Of a stretch of 64,000 bases of DNA, positions 20,416 to 30,482 are shown piece by piece. Origin of the DNA: an uncultured Verrucomicrobiae bacterium (GTDB lineage Bacteria; Verrucomicrobiota; Verrucomicrobiia; Chthoniobacterales; UBA10450). The position numbers and the translations under genes were made by a program. Location: the NCBI GenBank assembly GCA_963756875.1, contig CAVWPA010000003.1, positions 992,001 to 1,056,000 of the forward strand, in the 5' to 3' direction. Positions within the stretch are counted from its first letter, which is position 1; every line of letters starts with the position of its first letter. Under the pieces are notes generated by a model. It searched no databases. It saw nothing but the letters and a program-made list of their open reading frames with translations, and was not told the DNA's origin.

Positions 20416-21672
20416 ATGACAAATTTGAAAAGTCTCGGGGGCTTGGCAATTGTAGCCCTCGCTCTCGCCGCTTGCTTGTGCTGCTTTTCCTTCAACGCAG
20501 CCTACGGAGCTGGAGAGTTTGCGACCGCCTCGGGATCGGACGTTTCCGGATCGGGCGAGCCCTCTGGGTTGGGTATTTTTTCCAAGATTCCGTTCAAGCT
20601 TACTCTGACAGTCCGGGAAGGGTACGACGATAACGCAAACAACGCCGCGTCTGCTCAGCAGGGTTCCTGGTTTACGAATGGCGAACTCGATCTGGCATAC
20701 GATTTCGGTAGCCCTCGAACAAAGCTGACTCTTGGGGCCGGCTTTGGTGGCACTTACTACTACGAACGTGTCGCTTTTCAGAATTACGACATCGACATCC
20801 ACGCAGGGCTTAACATTACCCATAAAGCAACGCCGCGGCTTACGCTCAGTTCGAGTCTTTATGGCGCATATCTGACGGAGCCCAATTTCAGTTTTGGATA
20901 TGGACTGAATCGGCGAAGCGGAAATTATTTCTACACTGGCGACAAATTCACGGCCACGTACGAATGGGTTCCGCGTTTCGCTACCGCAACCAGCTACACA
21001 TTAAACGCGCTTAATTACGATAGTAATTCGCTGGGGACTTTCGAAGACCGGGTTGACAACACCTTTGGCAACGAATTCCGATTCCTGGCGTGGCCCACGA
21101 CTGTGTTAGTGGCCGAATACCGCTACGAAATCGTCAGTTATTTCCATATTGCGCGTGATTCCACAACGCACTTCGCGCTTGGCGGAATCGATCACACCTT
21201 TACACCGCGCTTTAAAGCTTCGTTGCGGGCCGGCGCGGAATTTCGCGATTACGAAGGTGGCGCTCGCAAGACCGGGCCGTACGTTGAATCGACGGTAAAT
21301 TATGCCGCTGGGAAACGCACGACAATCAGTTGGACAAATCGTTACGGAATCGAGGAACCCGATGTGGTGACGACGCCGAGCCGAACGACTTTCCGAACCG
21401 GCGTGCAGGCCAAGGAACAGATCTTTCCGCGGATTACTACCGTGCTCGGATTTTATTATGAGCACGACGGTAACCAGAGCGTCAATGCGTTCCCGGTTAT
21501 CTCCCCCGCCTTTTCAGAAAATGCTTTTGACGTCGCAGTTTCCGCCCATTACGCCCTCACTCGCTACTTCAGCGTTGACGCTGGTTACAACCATACCCAG
21601 GTGTTATCCGACATCGCGTTCCGCGAATATTCGCGTAATCGTTTCTACGGTGGCTTGAGCTTTGCTTTTTAA
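20416..21672 (+). CDS. Outer membrane beta-barrel protein (polysaccharide-export associated)
   Basis: GYDDN motif, alternating beta strands, terminal Phe, next to wzc. Confidence 0.75.
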   Translation: MTNLKSLGGLAIVALALAACLCCFSFNAAYGAGEFATASGSDVSGSGEPSGLGIFSKIPFKLTLTVREGYDDNANNAASAQQGSWFTNGELDLAYDFGSPRTKLTLGAGFGGTYYYERVAFQNYDIDIHAGLNITHKATPRLTLSSSLYGAYLTEPNFSFGYGLNRRSGNYFYTGDKFTATYEWVPRFATATSYTLNALNYDSNSLGTFEDRVDNTFGNEFRFLAWPTTVLVAEYRYEIVSYFHIARDSTTHFALGGIDHTFTPRFKASLRAGAEFRDYEGGARKTGPYVESTVNYAAGKRTTISWTNRYGIEEPDVVTTPSRTTFRTGVQAKEQIFPRITTVLGFYYEHDGNQSVNAFPVISPAFSENAFDVAVSAHYALTRYFSVDAGYNHTQVLSDIAFREYSRNRFYGGLSFAF

Positions 21673-21742
21673 GGGCGCGGCCGGAGTTTACTCCAGCCGT
21701 TTTTAAGCTAGGTTGTCCGCCGCTCGACGCGGGGGGGATCAT

Positions 21743-23890
21743 ATGGCATCTGAGGACGAAGTTAAGCTGCATTTTCTTGATTATTGGCGGGTGGTCCGAA
21801 TCCGCTGGCGGCTTGTTTTGCTCGCGTTCCTTCTGGTGCTAATCACCGCTGCCGTAGTCACTTATTTCCAGCCGCGCCAATATCAATCCTCGGTTTTCAT
21901 GGAGGTAAAATCCACAGCCGAGAATCCGAGAATTTTCGGCGTGAACGATCCCAATCTGCCGATCCATGATCCGCAGCTGGCGCCCACCGTCTTTCAGGTG
22001 ATTCAGCGCACCGGCGTTCTCTATCCGGTGATCGATCAGCTAAAATTGCAGGAAAAATGGGGCCGGGGCGGGGCCTATCTGTCGCGCGAACAAGCATATC
22101 AGAAATTGCGCAACGAGTTGGAAGTGGACGAGGTGCGCAATACCGATCTTTTGCAAATTAGCGTCTTCGACACAAACCCGAAACTGGCGGCGGAAGTAGC
22201 GAATAAAATCGTTGCCGTTTATGAGGACGAGCGCGTGGACGAGGAAAAGGAAATCATGAATCGCGCCGTTGCGACCATGGACGAAGAAGTGACCAAGCAG
22301 CAAAAGCTGGTGGATGAGGCCGCGACGGAAATGGCCCGCATCCGGGACAAGGAACACATCGTCGATCTCAATCCCGAAGGCACCGAAGACACTCAGGCAC
22401 CGGTCAACACCATCATCCTAAAACAGGAAGAAGCGGTAAACGATGCCGAGGCGAAAGTGGCGGTTCTCTCGAGCAGGTTGAATGAGATCCAGAAACTCAG
22501 CGGAGAGGACCTCATGCGGATGCTTCCCACGCTCGACATACAGGACCCGACGCTGCAGAAAATCCTCCCGAACTATCAGGATGCGGTTGCACAGGAGGCG
22601 CTGCTTCTTCATTCCGGTCTGGGCGAAAACCATCCAAAGGTAAAAGCGGTTCGCGCGCAAGAGAGGGTCTATACCAAGCAGCTCGAACAGCAGGTCGGCA
22701 GCGTCCGCGCGGCCCTGCAGGACAATCTCAAGAGCGCAGAGGCAACGCGTGATAACCTCAAGAAGCGCCTGGACGAAATCAACGCAAAACAACTTTCGTC
22801 GAAGAACTTGAGCGCAAATTATACGCGGGCCAAAAACAAATACATCAAAGAGAGGTTACTGCTCGATGGTGTGCGAACCCGCGCGCAAAGCCAGACCATG
22901 GAGTTGGCCATGCCGCGCGTCGCTGTCAGTGTGAAACAGGTCGCCGAGCCCTCCTCTTTCCCGGCGCGGCCGCGGGTTGCGCTGAATCTGATGTTGGGCG
23001 CGCTGGTTGGTCTCGCCGTCGGGCTCGGTCTGGCGTTTTTTATCGAGTATCTGGATACCAGCGTTAAAACCATGGAAGACGTGGAAAATCTTCTGGGAGT
23101 TCCGGTGCTGGCCGTGATTCCGCAGAACATCAAGCTGCTGCACAAGGAACTGGGCGATTCTCCGGACGCGGAGGCCTACCGCATTTTGCGAACGAACATC
23201 GAATTCAACCGGAAGACTCCCGATGCCAATACCGTTTCGCTGGTCAGCGGCGGGCCCGGCGAAGGCAAATCGACTACCCTGGCGAATCTCGCTTTTATCT
23301 GCGCGCAGGGCGGCTATTCCACGTTAATTGTCGACGCAGACTTGCGCCGGCCGATTCAGCACGAGTTGTTTGACGTCAGCAACAGCATTGGCCTGACCAA
23401 TTATCTCACCACGGAACTGCAGCTGAAGGACGTCCTTCAGCCCACCGGTGTCGAAAATCTTTCCATCCTGCCCAGTGGCGTTCTTCCTTCCGACGCCGTT
23501 GGAATTTTGAATTCGCAACGCATGTCCGATTTAATCAGCGAGCTCAAGGTTCGCTATGACATTATCTTCTTTGATTCCCCGCCCATGCTTGGCGTGAGTG
23601 ACGCCTCGGTTATAGCAAGCGAGGTCGATCAGACGATCATCGTTGTGCAACACCGCCGGTTCCCTCGTGCAATGCTGACACGCGTCAAGCAGGCCATTCT
23701 CGGCGTTGGTGGCACGGTTTTGGGCGTTGTGCTGAACAATGTCGATTTGAGGCACGACCAAAACTACTCTTACTACACGAACTACTACGGTTACTATCGG
23801 CCGCGCGATAAGGAGACCAGCAGTGAGCCAAGGCCGGGCGTGCCTGCCGGCAATGCGACCAACGGTTATTCCGAGCCCGATGATTACTAA
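21743..23890 (+). CDS. wzc: Polysaccharide co-polymerase/tyrosine autokinase (Wzc family)
   Basis: AEAYRILRTN, GEGKSTT, DADLRRP, DSPP, Tyr-rich tail. Confidence 0.92.
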   Translation: MASEDEVKLHFLDYWRVVRIRWRLVLLAFLLVLITAAVVTYFQPRQYQSSVFMEVKSTAENPRIFGVNDPNLPIHDPQLAPTVFQVIQRTGVLYPVIDQLKLQEKWGRGGAYLSREQAYQKLRNELEVDEVRNTDLLQISVFDTNPKLAAEVANKIVAVYEDERVDEEKEIMNRAVATMDEEVTKQQKLVDEAATEMARIRDKEHIVDLNPEGTEDTQAPVNTIILKQEEAVNDAEAKVAVLSSRLNEIQKLSGEDLMRMLPTLDIQDPTLQKILPNYQDAVAQEALLLHSGLGENHPKVKAVRAQERVYTKQLEQQVGSVRAALQDNLKSAEATRDNLKKRLDEINAKQLSSKNLSANYTRAKNKYIKERLLLDGVRTRAQSQTMELAMPRVAVSVKQVAEPSSFPARPRVALNLMLGALVGLAVGLGLAFFIEYLDTSVKTMEDVENLLGVPVLAVIPQNIKLLHKELGDSPDAEAYRILRTNIEFNRKTPDANTVSLVSGGPGEGKSTTLANLAFICAQGGYSTLIVDADLRRPIQHELFDVSNSIGLTNYLTTELQLKDVLQPTGVENLSILPSGVLPSDAVGILNSQRMSDLISELKVRYDIIFFDSPPMLGVSDASVIASEVDQTIIVVQHRRFPRAMLTRVKQAILGVGGTVLGVVLNNVDLRHDQNYSYYTNYYGYYRPRDKETSSEPRPGVPAGNATNGYSEPDDY

Positions 23891-23897
23891 TTCAACC

Positions 23898-24449
23898 ATG
23901 CGCGGGGCACTCGTTGTTTCGCTTTTCTGTTTCGGCTTGGCCACAGCGGTCTTTGGCCAGGCCACTCTGCGGGTGGGCGACCCGCTGGAGATAAGAATCG
24001 GCGGTGTGCCCTATGAAGAACAACAGCAGGTAAACAACACGTATACCGTCGATGCCAACGGCTCCATCAATCTCCCCTATATCAACAAGGTGAAAGCCGA
24101 GAGCTTAACGCCAGCCCAGCTGGCCCGCTCGATCGAAGAATCCTATCGCGCGAACAAGATTTACACCAACCCGAATATCACCATTCTGATTCAGCCAACC
24201 GCCCGCTTTGTGAATGTTGGCGGCTCCGTCCAGCGGCCGATGCGCGTTCCCTTCACCGAAGACATGACTCTGCTCGCGGCGATCAACGGTGCGGGTGGCT
24301 TCAACGATTTCGCCGATCAAAGACACGTCCGGGTGCTGCGCGGTAATGAAGTAAAAATTTACGATGTGCGCCAGTTTCGCAAAGAACCTTCCAAGGATGT
24401 GAAACTGCAGCCCGGCGACAAGGTCGAAGTTCCCCAAAGCTTCTTCTGA
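23898..24449 (+). CDS. Polysaccharide export OPX protein (Poly_export + SLBB), short form
   Basis: GD.LEI, VDANGSINLPYI, AINGAGGF, LQPGDKVEVP. Confidence 0.85.
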   Translation: MRGALVVSLFCFGLATAVFGQATLRVGDPLEIRIGGVPYEEQQQVNNTYTVDANGSINLPYINKVKAESLTPAQLARSIEESYRANKIYTNPNITILIQPTARFVNVGGSVQRPMRVPFTEDMTLLAAINGAGGFNDFADQRHVRVLRGNEVKIYDVRQFRKEPSKDVKLQPGDKVEVPQSFF

Positions 24450-24514
24450 TCCCGGCGCGCTAGCAGCCGGCGATCACCACGCCGTGGCTTCAGCGAAGGC
24501 GGGTCGAGTGGAAC

Positions 24515-25093
24515 CTACTTATCCGACGCGATAACTTCGCGGTGTCGCCACGTGTATCCCAGGCCGGAGTAAACGGTGAGCGCCACAGTGATCCAGACCA
24601 GAACCGGTCCAGCTTCGCGCCACGCGCGCAACCACCAGGTCGAGTTTTCGCCTGCGTAATGCAATTCGTCTATCGATAATAACAGCAGAAAAAAGATCAC
24701 CGTGATCACCTGCCACGAAGTTTTTTGTTTTCCCAACCGTTCCGCCGGCAGGACGCGGCCCTGTGCGCTGGCCATTAACCGCAAGCCGGTAATCAGGAAA
24801 TCGCGCGCGACCACGGTGGTTGCGGCCCAGGCGGGAATTGCTTTAAGCGGCACCAGCGAGATGAAGGCCGCGGCGATCATGATCTTGTCGACGAGTGGAT
24901 CCATCAACTTCCCGAAGTTGGTGACGATGGCGTAACGGCGCGCAATCTCGCCATCAATAAAGTCGGTCAAACCCGCGATCAGGAACATCACGAGCGCGCA
25001 GGTGCGGCCGTAATGCCAGGAAGAATTCAGCGCGATTACAAAAAGAATCGTTAGCAGCAGACGGCTGATCGTTAAACGGTTGGCCCAGTTCAT
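24515..25093 (-). CDS. pgsA: CDP-diacylglycerol--glycerol-3-phosphate phosphatidyltransferase
   Basis: NRLTISR, TDFIDGEIARR, GKLMDPLVDK. Confidence 0.92.
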   Translation of the reverse strand: MNWANRLTISRLLLTILFVIALNSSWHYGRTCALVMFLIAGLTDFIDGEIARRYAIVTNFGKLMDPLVDKIMIAAAFISLVPLKAIPAWAATTVVARDFLITGLRLMASAQGRVLPAERLGKQKTSWQVITVIFFLLLLSIDELHYAGENSTWWLRAWREAGPVLVWITVALTVYSGLGYTWRHREVIASDK

Positions 25094-25545
25094 TTCACTG
25101 TCGCAGGGATGGGCTGTTCCTGCCAGTTGTCAGCATCTTTGGCGATGGAAGCGCCGGCCTGGAATTTCGGGTGCTTCCAAATCGGAACTCTTCTTTTTAA
25201 TTCATCAACAACCCACTGGCTTGCCTCGAATGCTTTCGCCCGATGACCGGCCGCTACCCGGAGAAACAACGATGCTTCTCCGGCAGGCACAAAACCGGTC
25301 CGATGATGAATGACGACTTTCTTGAGGCGGAAATTTTCCGCGGCTTCTTCAGCCACTAGTCGCAGTTGATGTTCGGCCATCTTCGGATGCGCTTCGTAAT
25401 CGATTCCTTCGATTTGTCGCCCTGCTTCGGATGCCCGGACGACGCCCCAAAAGTCGAGATGCGCTCCGGCGCCGGGATCAGAATACCGCCCGGGCGTTTC
25501 CAGCCGCGCCGCTGTCAGTAGGACTTCGCAAAGGGGATTTGCCAT
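25090..25545 (-). CDS. moaE: Molybdopterin synthase catalytic subunit
   Basis: GA..DFWGVVR, YEAHPKMA, HHRTG, DELKRRVPIWK. Confidence 0.9.
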   Translation of the reverse strand: MANPLCEVLLTAARLETPGRYSDPGAGAHLDFWGVVRASEAGRQIEGIDYEAHPKMAEHQLRLVAEEAAENFRLKKVVIHHRTGFVPAGEASLFLRVAAGHRAKAFEASQWVVDELKRRVPIWKHPKFQAGASIAKDADNWQEQPIPATVK

Positions 25546-25609
25546 TCGCCTCGATTAATCGTTACAGTAAACTCGCGCTTGTCGCGCTGTTTATCAAAGG
25601 AGACCCAAA

Positions 25610-27094
25610 ATGAGCTCGAATCAATGTGATATCGGCCTGATCGGCCTCGCCGTAATGGGCGAAAATCTTGTCCTAAACCTCGAATCGAAGGGCTTTTCCG
25701 TGGCTGTTTTTAATCGCACGACTGAGGTCACTGAAAAGTTCGCGGCGAGTCGGGCCAAAGGGAAAAATATTCAACCTACGAAAACCATCGAGGAGTTCGT
25801 TGCCGCGCTCAAACGGCCGCGCAAAGCGATGATGATGATCAAAGCCGGTAAACCGGTCGATCAGGTCATCGGTGAGCTGACCCCGCTTTTAGAAAAAGGG
25901 GATGTGATTATCGACGGCGGAAATTCGTTGTTCACCGACACGCAGCGCCGCTGCAAGGATTTGGAAGGCCGCGGAATTCATTATGTCGGTTGCGGTGTTT
26001 CCGGCGGCGAAGAAGGGGCGCTCAAGGGTCCGTCGCTGATGCCAGGCGGCTCGCGCGCGTCGTGGGAAATCATCGCGCCCATCTTCCGCAAGATTGCGGC
26101 GCAAGTGGATGGCGAACCGTGTGTCCGGTACATGGGCCCGGATGGCGCCGGCCATTACGTCAAGATGGTGCACAACGGAATCGAGTACGGCGACATGCAG
26201 CTTATTTGCGAGGCCTACGCAATCATGAAGAGCGTCATCGGAATGGATGCATCCCAACTGGCAGACGTCTTTACGGAATGGAACAAGGGCGAGCTCGACA
26301 GCTATCTCATCGAAATTACTTCACAGATTTTTCGCAAGATCGATCCCGATACCGGGAAGCCACTGGTCGACGTGATCCTCGATAAAGCCGGTCAGAAAGG
26401 CACCGGCCTCTGGACGTTGCAATCCGCCATTCAACAGTCGGTCGTTATTTCCACGATCAATGCCGCGGTGGAAGCGCGGGTGATTTCATCCCGCAAAGAC
26501 GAGCGTGTTGCTTCCTCGAAAATTCTTCCGCAACCGAAACCGAGAAAGTATAAAGGTGACCCAAAACAGCTGATCGATGCGGTGCGCAATGCGCTTTATG
26601 CGTCCAAGATCGTTTCTTACGCGCAGGGGATGGAACTTCTTGGGGCCGCCAGCCATCAATACAACTGGAACCTGAACTTCGGCGACATCGCTACCATCTG
26701 GCGTGGCGGATGTATCATTCGCGCCAAATTTTTAAATCGCATCGTGGAAGCGTATCAGCGGAATCCCTCGCTTCATAATCTGCTTCTGGATTCCTATTTC
26801 ACGGACATCATCGCAAAAACGCAGGAGAACTGGCGCGTCGCCGTCTCCGCGGCGATCGAACATGGCGTCGCGGTTCCGGCGTTTTCCGCGTCGCTTGCCT
26901 ATTTCGACAGTTATCGGCAGGCGCGGTTGCCGGCGAATTTGCTGCAGGCGCAACGCGACTTTTTCGGCGCGCATACCTACGAACGGGTCGATAAACCGGG
27001 CGTGTTTCATACCGAATGGCTGGAATCCGATCAAAAATCGTCGCAGAAATCCGCGTCGCCAAAGGAACCATCGCAGCGGCACGCCGCCGAATGA
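25610..27094 (+). CDS. gnd: 6-phosphogluconate dehydrogenase (NADP)
   Basis: GLAVMGENL, VSGGEEGA, KMVHNGIEYGDMQ, QRDFFGAHTYER. Confidence 0.97.
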   Translation: MSSNQCDIGLIGLAVMGENLVLNLESKGFSVAVFNRTTEVTEKFAASRAKGKNIQPTKTIEEFVAALKRPRKAMMMIKAGKPVDQVIGELTPLLEKGDVIIDGGNSLFTDTQRRCKDLEGRGIHYVGCGVSGGEEGALKGPSLMPGGSRASWEIIAPIFRKIAAQVDGEPCVRYMGPDGAGHYVKMVHNGIEYGDMQLICEAYAIMKSVIGMDASQLADVFTEWNKGELDSYLIEITSQIFRKIDPDTGKPLVDVILDKAGQKGTGLWTLQSAIQQSVVISTINAAVEARVISSRKDERVASSKILPQPKPRKYKGDPKQLIDAVRNALYASKIVSYAQGMELLGAASHQYNWNLNFGDIATIWRGGCIIRAKFLNRIVEAYQRNPSLHNLLLDSYFTDIIAKTQENWRVAVSAAIEHGVAVPAFSASLAYFDSYRQARLPANLLQAQRDFFGAHTYERVDKPGVFHTEWLESDQKSSQKSASPKEPSQRHAAE

Positions 27095-27158
27095 GGTAGG
27101 GACGCCTTTCCGAGGCGTCCGTGGAATTCGTCGGACATCTCGGAGAGATGTCCCTACC
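27095..27158. repeat. REP-like doublet GGTAGGGAC...GTCCCTACC
   Basis: Two hairpin arms; supplies the dnaE2 stop codon; same family at 39092-39144. Confidence 0.85.
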
Positions 27159-30100
27159 TGAAATCGTGCGACTCGCTCCCAATGAGCCGCTCGTCCAATA
27201 GCGGTTTGATGTCGCGCGTTTTGATCAGCACGACGCCGTCGGAATTTTGCACTTCGCCTGTAATGAGCAAAAAAGCTTCCTCGGTAATGACCAGACGGAA
27301 TCGTTCGAACAAATCCGGATCAACAATGGCATTGGAAACACCGGTCTCGTCTTCGAGGCTGATGAAAACAAATCCTTTCGCGGTCCCGGGGCGTTGACGG
27401 CAAATTACATTTCCAGCGATCTGAACAGTTACGCCATGTTTCGCATGCGTGAGATCGGTCGCGCGCCAGATGTTGGACAACTTCTCGCGCAGCAATTTCA
27501 TCGGATGCGGCCCGGTCGTCAGGTTCATCGTTTCGTAATCCGCGCGCACACGTTCCGGGAGCGTCATCGGAAGAAGCGGCAATTTTCGCGTCCTGGGAGC
27601 GCACGCGCCCTCGCGTGCCACATTCGGCGCCTCGCCGAATGTACAACGAACATCCGAAAAGTCGTCCAAAGCTGAAGAGTTTCCGGCGAGGGCGCCGGAA
27701 ACAGCACGCGAGGCGCGTGCGCTCCCCGGACGATCCAGCAAATCGTCGTGCAGCGTCTTCTCCACTTTCCACATCGCCGCGCGGCGATGATCCGCAAAAC
27801 AATTGAGCGCGCCGAGTTCCGCGAGCGTTCGCAATTCTTCTCTTGAAAATCGAACGCGCCGCTTGAAATCTTCGAGCGAATCGAATCGCCGCTCCTCCCG
27901 TTGTCGAACAAGTTCATCGGCGCGGGCCTGATGCAATCCGTTTACCACGCAAAATCCGAGGCGGACGGTATCGTCGGAAACAACCGAGCAGCGCCATGCC
28001 GATTGTTGCACGCATACCGGCTGCACCTTGATTCCATGCCGGCGCGCATCCTTTACGATCGTGGCAGGTGTATAAAAACCCATCGGCTGATTATTGAGCA
28101 GGCTGACGTAAAACTCCGGGGCGCGATGCACTTTCAAATAGGCGCTCCCATAGGCCAGAATCGCGAAACTGATGGCGTGCGATTCCGGAAACCCGTAAAG
28201 GGCAAACGAGCTGATCGATTGAATAATCTTGTCGATCTTGTCGGGCGCGACCTCTTTCCGCTCCATCGCGGCGCGCAGTTTCAGGCTCACTTTGTTCATC
28301 CGCTCCTCCGATCGGTGAAAACTGAGCGCGCGCCGCAATTCTTCCGCTTCGTTTCCGGAGAAATCGGCCATGATCATGGCGATTTTCAGCATTTGTTCCT
28401 GGAATAACGGAACACCAAGGGTGCGGCCTAAGATCGGCTCCAATCGCGGATCGAAATAAGTCACCGGTTCGCGGCCGGCGCGCCGTGCCAGATAGGGATG
28501 CACCATGTCGCCCTGGATCGGTCCCGGCCGGATGATCGCCACTTCAATTACGACATCGTAAAAACATTTCGGTTTCATCCGTGGCAGCGTGGCCATTTGC
28601 GCGCGGCTCTCGATTTGAAAAACTCCGATCGTGTCGGCCTTCTGCATGATCCGGAATGTGGCTGCGTCGTCCTTGGGAATGTGAGCAAGGTCGAGAGGTC
28701 GCCCACGCTCGCGGCAAAGCTCAAATGCATCCTGCATGACCGACATCATGCCGAGGCCTAACAAATCGACTTTCACGATGCCCAGATCCTCGCAATCGTC
28801 CTTGTCCCATTGCGCAACCACGCGGCCAGGCATCGAGGCATTTTCCAGCGGCACGAACGAGCTCAATTTATTCTGGCAGATGATCATTCCGCCGGAATGC
28901 TGACCGAGATGCCGCGGCAATCCGTAAATGGAGCGATAGAGCCTGGCGAAAGCGGGCATGCGCGGATGCCCTTTTGGCAAACCGGCTTGTTCGATTTGCG
29001 ATTGGAGATCGAGCGTGTGGGGGAAATCGCCGTTTGCGAACAAATGCGAGAAGCGATCGAGAATGCCCGGCGAAAAATTCAGCGCCTTGCCGATTTCACG
29101 AGCGGCGCTTCGCCCGCGATAAGTGATTACGTTCGCCGTCATGGCCGCGCCATGTTTGCCGTAGCGGCGATAAATCTCCTGAATAACGCTTTCACGCCGG
29201 TCGCCGCTGGGAAGATCGAGATCGATATCGGGCCAGCCTTTGCGGCTCTCGTTTAAAAAACGTTCGAAAACGAGATGATTGCTCACCGGATCGACCGGCG
29301 TGATGCCGAGACAATAACAAACAGCGCTGTTCGCGGCGCTGCCACGGCCCTGCACCATGACGTTATGCTCGCGACAAAAATTGATGATGTCCCAGACAAT
29401 CAAAAAATATCCCGAGAAGCCGAGTTTCTGAATCAGTGCCAGTTCCTCTTCGATCTGGCGTTTCACCGCGGCACTAACCGCGGCGTACCGTTGCTGCGCG
29501 CCAAACCAGACGATCGTGCGCAGGAACGAATCCATGCTGTGACCCGCGGGCACGGGAAAATCGGGAAACTCGTAACCGATATTTTCGAGCGAAAATGTGA
29601 GCCGCTCGGCCACGCGCGCCGTGTTTTCGATCGCTTCCGGCAAATCGCGAAAGAGTTCTCGCATTTCGCGATCGCTCTTCAAATAGCGCTCGGCGTTTTG
29701 GGTCAATAGTTTGCCGGCGGCATCCAGGTGCGTGTGCTCGCGAATGCAGGTAAATACGTCGACCACTTCGCGTCCGGATGGCTTGGCATATTCCACGCCG
29801 TTCGTAGCCAGGATCGGCAATCGATGTGCACGGGCGAGATCGACCAGTTCGCGGTTTGCGCGTTCTTCGCCACGCACAAAATGCCGCTGGATTTCCACGA
29901 AAACATTTTCACGGCCAAAGGTGTCGATAAGAAGTTTGGCACCATCTGCGGATTTGTAGGGCGTTTCTGTGAAACGCCGCTCAAGGTTGGTGTCTGACAC
30001 AGACGCCCTACAATTTGCAAGCGATGCGTTGAAAAATGCGACCAGCCCTTCCGCGAATTGCGGCAGCTCCTTCCATTGCACGGCGCATTTTCCTTTCTCG

Positions 30101-30396
30101 CTCCGCAGATGCGCCTGGGTGAGCAGTTCGCACAAATTTTTGTAACCGGCGCGATTTTCGACCAGCACCGGCAAAACAGCGCCATCATCCATCGACAATT
30201 CGCAACCGATGATTGGCCGGACATTGCTCTCGCGCGCGGCGACCGAAAAACGTTGCAACCCGTAAACGCCATTGCGATCGAGCAAAGCCATCGCCGGCAT
30301 CTCCAGTCTGGCTGCGGTCTCGGCCAATTGTTCCGGAAACGAACCGCCGCGCAAAAAACTAAACGCGCTGCAGGCATGTAACTCGATGTAAGACAT
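27154..30396 (-). CDS. dnaE2: Error-prone DNA polymerase DnaE2 (ImuC)
   Basis: YIELHACSAFSFLRG, GRGSAANS, PDIDLD, FQIESRAQM, YGFPESHA, RQRPGTAKG, SHDFR tail. Confidence 0.97.
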   Translation of the reverse strand: MSYIELHACSAFSFLRGGSFPEQLAETAARLEMPAMALLDRNGVYGLQRFSVAARESNVRPIIGCELSMDDGAVLPVLVENRAGYKNLCELLTQAHLRSEKGKCAVQWKELPQFAEGLVAFFNASLANCRASVSDTNLERRFTETPYKSADGAKLLIDTFGRENVFVEIQRHFVRGEERANRELVDLARAHRLPILATNGVEYAKPSGREVVDVFTCIREHTHLDAAGKLLTQNAERYLKSDREMRELFRDLPEAIENTARVAERLTFSLENIGYEFPDFPVPAGHSMDSFLRTIVWFGAQQRYAAVSAAVKRQIEEELALIQKLGFSGYFLIVWDIINFCREHNVMVQGRGSAANSAVCYCLGITPVDPVSNHLVFERFLNESRKGWPDIDLDLPSGDRRESVIQEIYRRYGKHGAAMTANVITYRGRSAAREIGKALNFSPGILDRFSHLFANGDFPHTLDLQSQIEQAGLPKGHPRMPAFARLYRSIYGLPRHLGQHSGGMIICQNKLSSFVPLENASMPGRVVAQWDKDDCEDLGIVKVDLLGLGMMSVMQDAFELCRERGRPLDLAHIPKDDAATFRIMQKADTIGVFQIESRAQMATLPRMKPKCFYDVVIEVAIIRPGPIQGDMVHPYLARRAGREPVTYFDPRLEPILGRTLGVPLFQEQMLKIAMIMADFSGNEAEELRRALSFHRSEERMNKVSLKLRAAMERKEVAPDKIDKIIQSISSFALYGFPESHAISFAILAYGSAYLKVHRAPEFYVSLLNNQPMGFYTPATIVKDARRHGIKVQPVCVQQSAWRCSVVSDDTVRLGFCVVNGLHQARADELVRQREERRFDSLEDFKRRVRFSREELRTLAELGALNCFADHRRAAMWKVEKTLHDDLLDRPGSARASRAVSGALAGNSSALDDFSDVRCTFGEAPNVAREGACAPRTRKLPLLPMTLPERVRADYETMNLTTGPHPMKLLREKLSNIWRATDLTHAKHGVTVQIAGNVICRQRPGTAKGFVFISLEDETGVSNAIVDPDLFERFRLVITEEAFLLITGEVQNSDGVVLIKTRDIKPLLDERLIGSESHDFR
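27595..27726. repeat. GGGAGCGCACGCG palindromic element, in frame inside dnaE2
   Basis: 132 bp with arms nearly identical to the intergenic copy at 37464-37583. Confidence 0.9.
29954..30013. repeat. TTGTAGGGCGT...ACGCCCTACAA REP-like doublet, in frame inside the dnaE2 PHP region
   Basis: 60 bp, 11-bp inverted termini, two hairpins; encodes CRASVSDTNLERRFTETPYK. Confidence 0.88.
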
Positions 30397-30402
30397 GGGA
30401 GG

Positions 30403-30474
30403 CTGTAGCGGCGGTCTATGATCGTCGCTCGATATCAATGGTTGCGACCCCGAAAGCATTCGGGGCCGCTACAG
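30403..30474. repeat. REP-like element CTGTAGCGGC...GCCGCTACAG
   Basis: 10-bp inverted termini between imuB and dnaE2; inner CCCCGAAAGCATTCGGGG hairpin. Confidence 0.8.
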
Positions 30475-30482
30475 GTGGCTGG

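Noticed and set aside
27154..30396. Inteins or introns in dnaE2
   Set aside because: The inserts are only 20-44 aa, lack intein terminal motifs and match DNA palindromes.
30397..30459. N-terminal extensions of dnaE2, the DinG helicase and the ABC binding protein given by the ORF track
   Set aside because: They translate through repeat elements; downstream ATGs fit the family starts.
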